Of a DNA stretch of 64,000 nucleotides, positions 57,829 through 64,000 are shown piece after piece (positions within the stretch are counted from its first letter, which is position 1; each line of letters begins with the position of its first letter). The DNA is from a virus (lineage: Duplodnaviria > Heunggongvirae > Uroviricota > Caudoviricetes), in IMG/VR virus record IMGVR_UViG_2718218136_000001; one strand, written 5' to 3'. The position numbers and the translations under genes are program-made. The notes beneath the pieces were generated by a model. The model was not told where the DNA came from. It saw only the letters and a list, made by a program, of their open reading frames with translations, and searched no databases.

Positions 57829-58350
57829 TTATTTCTTTTCTGGACAAGTAGCATTTGGCTGAATTCGAGTTTCATTATCTTTAGTTGAAATAAGCACAGC
57901 AAGCCCCGTTGTAAACTGGCATGCTTTACCAACTTGAGTTGAAGTGAACACCTTAGTTCCTTCTTTATAAGTCAGTGAAACACCTTCAACAATTGTTTTA
58001 TCACTAACCAAAGAACCAGCCGCTGCACCAAGAGCCGCACCACCAGTACCGCCAGCTACAGCACCCAGTGTCGATGTGCCTTTAACATTATAACCGGCAA
58101 CGCCCCCAGCAACAGCTCCCAGTACCGCACCAAATGTCTGTGCCGCTTCTTTATTAGCTTTATTATCAACTTTCACTTTAGCTGGAAGCACAGAGATAAT
58201 ATTGACTGTCTTTGTTTCCTGCTTCGAATTCAATTGAGCGGTATCATAAACATCGGCAGCATAATCAGCACCGCTAGATTGACACCCAGAAAGAAGAATT
58301 GCAGATACAACAAGAGCGCATAAAGTATACTTTTTAGACATAAGAATCAT
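57829..58350 (-). CDS. Glycine-zipper lipoprotein (lipobox LSGC)
   Basis: Signal peptide plus Cys; GAVAGGxxG glycine-zipper repeats. Confidence 0.55.
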   Translation of the reverse strand: MILMSKKYTLCALVVSAILLSGCQSSGADYAADVYDTAQLNSKQETKTVNIISVLPAKVKVDNKANKEAAQTFGAVLGAVAGGVAGYNVKGTSTLGAVAGGTGGAALGAAAGSLVSDKTIVEGVSLTYKEGTKVFTSTQVGKACQFTTGLAVLISTKDNETRIQPNATCPEKK

Positions 58351-58630
58351 CCCAGAAAAACAAAAACCGGCGAGAAGTTACCACGAGAACGGAAAGTAAA
58401 CAAGAATACTCCCATTGACTTATATCAAATAATCAACTTTTTATAAGCTATCCCTAACTTATTGTGTATAGCTGAAAAGTCAGAGATAAGTTCACCATCT
58501 GCATTATTTCTTAAGTTAATAGTTTATTGCTAACTTAATTTATGTATCGACTATTGATATCCATCTTAAAGTAACAATATCCCTCTGCATTATTTTCATC
58601 ACAAATAATACATCTATTGCACTACGCTCA

Positions 58631-58647
58631 CCTGCTCTAATAAATTT
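58631..58647 (+). promoter_or_regulatory. C1-operator-like site upstream of the second c4-icd-ant region
   Basis: cctgctctaataaattt. Confidence 0.5.
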
Positions 58648-58839
58648 GTATTTTTAAGTCGCGAATGCTATCTTTTCGCATCATATTGACCTTTTAATCG
58701 TTCAGGCTTATAGTTTCGCCGTCGTAGCAAATTCTGCGACCAGGTTTGACAGCCTGAATGATTGTGCGGACAACCGCAGATTTCCGATATTGCGGTATTT
58801 TGTGTCCGTTAAACCGCGTTACGCCCAAATTATGGTGGG

Positions 58840-58955
58840 GCGTGATGGGGAGGCTTCGGCCTGCTGGTTTCACAATCGCCAGTCTGTCAACCCTGTCACG
58901 TCCTGCCACCTGTTTGACAGCGGGTAGCAGGTTGTTAAACCTGATTGTGAGGCCG
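58840..58955 (+). ncRNA. Candidate second c4-like RNA region
   Basis: Hairpin tctgtcaa...ttgacag positionally analogous to the one at 19914-19947; boundaries approximate. Confidence 0.25.
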
Positions 58956-58960
58956 TAACT

Positions 58961-59182
58961 ATGGTTAATGCCAATCCTTGCGCACGCCCAGAATTCATCT
59001 GGCGTTTCTATTCCTGTAAAAAACACCACTATCACTTCGTTATCGCAGCAACTGAAGACGAAGCACGCTCTCAATTGCCTGATGGCCCCTGCATTTTTAC
59101 TGCCCGTTTTTCAACTAACTCGCGCAATTCACTTAGTTACTGGAGCCTCCCCTTCTCTGCCGACGTTCAGGGGGGTTTATGA
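58961..59182 (+). CDS. Icd-like protein, second copy
   Basis: 73 aa, about 70 percent identical to the 19997..20218 product. Confidence 0.55.
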   Translation: MVNANPCARPEFIWRFYSCKKHHYHFVIAATEDEARSQLPDGPCIFTARFSTNSRNSLSYWSLPFSADVQGGL

Positions 59183-60211
59183 AAACACCTCTCGTCACCC
59201 GTAATGAAATAGCCGAAGCGATCGCCCTGCATACTGCCTGTATGCCGACACGGGAGATCCCCGGCGCAATTGCTAACTATTTCATGATAACCAGACGTTT
59301 TTATACCCGAACAGATAAGGCTGTGATCAACAGGCTACTGATAGCCGAGATCAGGGATTATTTGATTGAACAAGGACGTCTACGTTACGCAACAGTGGCA
59401 GCAGAAATGAGAAAGGAGGCACATAGAATGACCGGTAATAATTTAAATGTTGAAAAACCAGCACCTGTTGCTTCAGCTACGCCAGCACCAGCCCTGAATG
59501 TCATCCCCAACACCGGAGACACAATCGACAGCCAAACATTGTTGAAGATGGTCAATGAGGCACGGAAATTATGTAGCGAAAAACCAGTTCGCAACAATGA
59601 TTTCATTGCCAGAGTTAAGGATGAGCTTGAAGGAGAAACCTACGAAATTTTCGTAGGTCAAAAAAACGGCGCAGTAATAGATATTATAACCATGACCTAC
59701 AAACAAGCCCTGCGAGTTGCCGCGCGCGAGTCAAAAGCGGTCCGCCGTTCGCTGATCGACAAACTGGAAGAATTGCAGCAGGCAAACTCCCCTACCCCAT
59801 CGATCCCCAAACATTACCAGAAGCTCTACGCCTGGCTGCCGAGTTGGCAGAACAGAAAATGCAGTTGGAACAACAGCTGGTGGCCGCAGCCCCTAAAGTC
59901 GATTTTGCCGACCGGGTATCAGCGGCTAATGGAATCCTGATCGGGGACTTGCAAAGGTCGTTGGACTTAAGCAAAACGCCCTTTTCTCATGGTTGCGCCA
60001 GAACGGCATTCTCATGGCTTTTGGTGCGCGCAAAAACGTACCGCGCCAGCAGTACATTAACGCCGGGTATTTCACGGTGAAAGAAGTGGTGCTGGATGAT
60101 GAAAATGGCTACCAGATACGGCTGACGCCCCAATTAACGGGTAAAGGCCAGCAGTGGTTAACTAGCAAGCTACTTGATGCTGGTTTGTTAAAACCAGTAG
60201 CAATAGGTTAA
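59179..60211 (+). pseudogene. Antirepressor ant, second copy, interrupted by two frameshifts (about 59800 and 59955)
   Basis: Homology to the intact Ant continues across three frames (ORFs 59179..59940, 59844..60080, 59993..60211). Confidence 0.6.
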
Positions 60212-60288
60212 CAAAAGAAAAAACCTGCCAGCTAACTGGCAGGTTTCTGAGCAGATCGACCAACCCGATCTGGATCGAGTTAGAAAAA

Positions 60289-60305
60289 TTTGCTCTAATA
60301 AATTT
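60289..60305 (+). promoter_or_regulatory. C1 operator, near-perfect consensus (tttgctctaataaattt), upstream of the kilA-like gene
   Basis: 16/17 match. Confidence 0.65.
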
Positions 60306-60373
60306 CGTTTCTAAGTGCAAAGAATCACCATTTCGAGCTGGTGATTGAAGGTTGATGCAAATTTGGAGAAAAA

Positions 60374-61172
60374 ATGCAACAAACATTCAATGCGGATATG
60401 AATATATCAAACCTTCATCAAAATGTCGATCCTTCAACCACCCTGCCTGTTATTTGTGGTGTTGAAATTACGACCGACCGCGCTGGCCGTTATAACCTTA
60501 ATGCTCTACACAGAGCGAGCGGACTCGGTGCCCATAAAGCGCCAGCTCAATGGCTAAGAACGCTGTCAGCCAAACAGCTCATCGAAGAGCTTGAAAAAGA
60601 AACTATGCAGAATTGCATAGTTTCGTTCGAAGGCCGTGGCGGCGGCACTTTTGCCCATGAATGCTCGCAGTGGAGTACGCTGGTTGGATTCTCCCGCGTT
60701 TCGGCTGAAGGTAAACCAGACATTTATCGACTATCGAGCTGGAAGATTACAACCTGCTATTCCGAAGAGCCTCCCAGAAGCTCTCCGTTTGGCTGCTGAC
60801 CTGGCAGAGCAAAAGCAACGGCTGGAGCAAAAAATGCTGATGGATGCACCTAAAGTCGAATTCGCCGAACGCGTTGCTACCGCCAGCGGGGTTCTAATCG
60901 GCAACTATGCCAAAGTGCTCGGCCTGGGCCAAAACTATCTCTTCACCTGGTTGCGTGATAACGGAATTCTGATCGCAACCGGTGAACGCAGAAACGTCCC
61001 CAAACAAGAATACATATCCCGTGGGTATTTCACCCTTAAAGAAACCGTGATCGATACAAGCAATGGAAGCAGGATTTCTTTCACGACTCGTATAACCGGC
61101 AAAGGTCAGCAGTGGCTGATGAAGCGATTGCTTGATGCTGGTGTGCTGGTACCTGTCGCGGCAACGCGCTAA
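60374..61172 (+). pseudogene. KilA-N domain antirepressor-like gene split by a frameshift near 60660
   Basis: N-terminal KilA-N/Bro-N-like ORF 60374..60799 and C-terminal ORF 60636..61172 carrying the shared Ant C-terminal domain; combined length about 266 codons. Confidence 0.55.
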
Positions 61173-61201
61173 CAGACGTAGTAAGAACCACCAGCATTGT
61201 A

Positions 61202-61636
61202 ATGCTGGCTAAAGTCACTTTCCTGAGCTGTATAACGATGAGCGATTTTACTTTTTCTGGCTATGAATTGGCCTGCTTTGTAACACACTCCGGTCTATCC
61301 CGTAGCGCCGGGCATATCCTGTCGCAATGTGCAAATCTCGCGGCAACAACCAGTGAATACTTCATTCACAAGCCTCACCGCCTGATCGCGGCAGAAACTG
61401 GTTATAGCCAATCAACCGTCGTTCGTGCATTCCGTGAAGCTGTAAACAAAGGAATTCTGTCTGTAGAGATTGTTATCGGCGATCACCGTGAACGTCGCGC
61501 TAACCTGTACCGGTTTACACCATCCTTTTTGGCCTTCGCACAACAAGCCAAAAATGCGCTGATTGAAAGCAAATTAAAGATCTCTTCAGCGGCAACCAAG
61601 GTTAAGCTGTTCTCGCTAAGACATTGGCTTATTTAA
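61202..61636 (+). CDS. HTH-containing protein at the repL position (possible short or truncated RepL-like lytic replication initiator)
   Basis: 144 aa; winged-helix-like AETGYSQSTVVRAFREAVNKGIL; synteny after kilA. Confidence 0.3.
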   Translation: MLAKVTFLSCITMSDFTFSGYELACFVTHSGLSRSAGHILSQCANLAATTSEYFIHKPHRLIAAETGYSQSTVVRAFREAVNKGILSVEIVIGDHRERRANLYRFTPSFLAFAQQAKNALIESKLKISSAATKVKLFSLRHWLI

Positions 61637-62040
61637 TTTTTATCCACACCCCCATGTCAAAATGATACCCCCTCCCCCTGTCAGGATGACGTGGCAATAA
61701 AGAATAAGAAGTCACAAGTTAAAAAACAAAAAGATCAGTTTCCGGCGGTGCCGGAACGACCAGACTCAAAAAATGACTTCATGGATCGCTGAGGCAAAAG
61801 CAAAGGCTGACAATCTGCGGTTATCCAAAAAACGCGCTCAAAAACATGAGTTCAAGCAGAAAGTAGAGGCGGCAGCGCGGAAATATGCTTACCTGAAGGA
61901 CAAGGCGTCTCCTGATATTGCGGGATATCAAACTTCGATAATCTGCCGCATTGCATGACGGTAAACGAAGCTCTTAATGCGGTTTAGCCAAAAAAAGATA
62001 ACGAACAATGGGGTATACCGGCAGATTCAGAGGGTGATAG

Positions 62041-62057
62041 ATTGCTCTAATCTGGAG
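62041..62057 (+). promoter_or_regulatory. C1-operator-like site (attgctctaatctggag)
   Basis: 11/17 with a perfect left half. Confidence 0.35.
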
Positions 62058-62500
62058 TCACTGGCGTTTTCAGTTTGAGTCGGAGATGCAATTGATTTTT
62101 TACAGTTAGCGATCGCTTTGCAGGATATGTTTGTATTGGCTTCTGTGTATACATGATAGCCGAAAAATGCTTGTCGATATCGACCGCAAAGAACAAGCAG
62201 GAGATTCTAGTATGGATTTTCTTTGGCGCGGTCTGGCCATTAGGATCATGTTTGCTGCAACATTTCTTCTGATGTGGATATTCACCCTTCCAGGTGATTC
62301 TATAGAAAAAAAGCCAGACATTGATACAATCGTTGCGGTGCTTGAGGCTATCTGCTTCAGGCATTACCCGAAAAGCAGATAGAAGAAGCCCCAGTAACAT
62401 TACGCGTCCTGCAAGACGCTTAACATTAATCTGAGCATATCTATGCTTAGCATACGTAGATTAGCCTCTTACCGACCAAAAGGTCAAGGAGAAGCAGGCT

Positions 62501-62646
62501 ATGAAGCAGCAAAAAGCGATGTAATCGCTCTGATCGTCATCTGTTTAACCGTCATTGTGACGGCACTGGTAACGAGAAAGACCTCTGCGAGTACGAATCC
62601 GAACGGCCAACGGAGTCACTGTCTTCACAGCCTACCGAATCTGAAA
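62501..62646 (+). pseudogene. Degenerate hok/gef-family membrane toxin gene (at least three frameshifts)
   Basis: MKQQKAM (frame 2), VIALIVICLTVIVTALVTRK (frame 1), DLCE (frame 0) and VRIRTANGVTVFTAY (frame 2) together resemble HokC/Gef MKQHKAMIVALIVICITAVVAALVTRKDLCEVHIRTGQTEVAVFTAYESE. Confidence 0.5.
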
Positions 62647-63906
62647 GTAAGAACCTGCGGGAGAGATCCCTGCACTCTTCGTGTGTCAGGTATCTCAATG
62701 CACCCTTTCCTCTCCAAATAAAAAAGCTCCCGAAGGAGCTTTAAAATACAAGGGATGACTCTTAAGCCCACTCATCCAGTTGTAGACGATACGAAGTGAC
62801 GGGCGCACAGCGGCAGTCACATCTTCGTACTAAAGTCGATTGCATCACTGTAGATTTTGCAGTCCAACATTTCAATTTGTAGCAGCTTTTGTCACAGCGT
62901 TACCCGGAAGATTTGATTCAGGGTCGCAGCCATCGTGATATCAACATAGTCCTTCGCCGCAATGCGATCTTAATGAACTGAAGAATATCGCCTTCGATAG
63001 TCTCCACCACTGGACCTGGATTTCCCCAGAGTTTCGAATTGGACCGTGCTGGTTGAACTTCACACCATTCGGACCATAGTCCTCCACATCCTCGCGGTCA
63101 TTCAGGAATTTGCGACGTGCGAACCAGTACGCTGATATCTTCATGCTGCAAAAGTGAGCTGGAATTCAGAAGATACCAGTCGTTCGCCTTTGGCCGCGTT
63201 GCAGTATAGCGGCCTTAATAAATTTACGGTTTCCTTAGTGTTATTGTCCCCATATAAAATCTTTTACTGAACGCCCGACATATCGGAGCTGTTATATCGA
63301 AGAACCGGTCAACTGGAGTTGCGGTGTTTTCAGGAAATGCCCATTGGTCCCTGGCGCATCGAGATCGAAACTTATGTCTGGATAGCGACATCAATGATGT
63401 TGATCCGCGACCAATGTTTAGCGTCACACGCTCCGGGATTCGACCACCAATACTGGCATCTTTAAGTTCCGGGCTAATCATCGCTGACAATGCGGCGATA
63501 GCTCCTGAAACCTCCGTGAATGGTCAAACAAAGCGATGAAAGTTACTGGCAGCGTGAAAGTCGGCGGTGTTCCCCCCTCCCAAACCATTAAGCTGTTCAA
63601 CGGGCCACCGACGTTGTTTCAGTACCAACCTGCGCAAAACCACTGAAAGCACCAGCAACAGACCCCATGGACATACCGGTAAACGGCGCTTCCCAATTCT
63701 GGGCCATGTTCATTGCTGCCCCCTGGCTGATATCCGGTAACCTGGTACTGAGAGTTCGTTAAAGTAACTTTCAGAAATGGCGATACACCGTCAGCCTGGC
63801 TGTAAACCCCATAAGGAATAGGTGCCATTCAAGTTAAAGGCCGGAGTTCTCCGGCCTCCTCCTTTAGCCAAGGCGCTTACGGCGCAGTTTCATTGACTTT
63901 TTGCGG

Positions 63907-64000
63907 AATGTAAATATTGTCATGAACTATATCCGTAACCTGGATAGTGAAACAGGGGCAATGGTGCGCCTGCTGGAAGATGGCGATTAGCCATTAACGC
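63907..64000 (+). repeat. Duplicate of the cre 3' end and downstream flank (identical to 24316-24409), cut by the window edge
   Basis: 94 bp identical, including the codons for NVNIVMNYIRNLDSETGAMVRLLEDGD-stop. Confidence 0.85.

Noticed and set aside
59179-60211. Programmed ribosomal frameshifting as the explanation for the split ant copy
   Set aside because: Two separate shifts in different directions without slippery heptamers make decay or sequencing error more likely than a programmed event.
62750-63905. Minus-strand ORFs 62941..63144, 63224..63490 and 63619..63828 as fragments of a porin or nitrate-reductase-like gene
   Set aside because: The similarities I thought I saw are too weak to support any product call; the region is left as unassigned, possibly foreign, DNA.

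Overview
This window reads as a large segment of a P1-family temperate phage-plasmid (Escherichia/Salmonella type), recognised from proteins I know by sequence (Cre, C1, Coi, Phd, Doc, PacA, lambda-PPase-like phosphatase) and from P1-like synteny and lengths (DarB 2255 aa, Sit 1140 aa, Cin 186 aa plus an invertible tail-fibre segment). Backbone modules present: an upstream operon running off the left edge; phd-doc addiction module; pdcA/pdcB-lpa-pacA(pac site)-pacB; immC (c1, coi, a lox site, cre, cra, ref, mat); lxc-ulx-darB; prt-pro; the darA/lysis operon (lydA, lydB, hdf, darA, ddrA); cin with a ~4.3 kb invertible C segment flanked by ~600 bp inverted repeats and cix sites; tail/baseplate genes (R, 16, bplA, pmgA, sit, pmgB, tubB, pmgC); a c4-icd-ant/kilA immunity-I region. 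At least 16 C1-operator-like 17-mers (ATTGCTCTAATAAATTT) are scattered through it. Accessory or unusual content: (i) a complete type IC restriction-modification system (hsdM-hsdS, hsdR) whose HsdS has two DNA-identical target-recognition domains and a (TAEL)x3 repeat; (ii) an AT-rich SIR2-family gene where P1 carries its type III res-mod, apparently frameshifted; (iii) an uncharacterised nine-gene plus-strand operon (Zn-finger, VRR-NUC nuclease, two MptE/DUF115-like paralogs, Ser/Thr phosphatase, DXD glycosyltransferase-like, coiled-coil protein, HAD phosphatase); (iv) an intact second icd-ant module between pacB and c1 while the copy at the P1-canonical position is frameshifted; (v) ref truncated by an in-frame TGA; (vi) a variant lox site; (vii) a degenerate hok/gef relic and a duplicated cre 3' fragment at the right edge. 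All calls are from reading the sequence and recollection of protein families; no database search was run.
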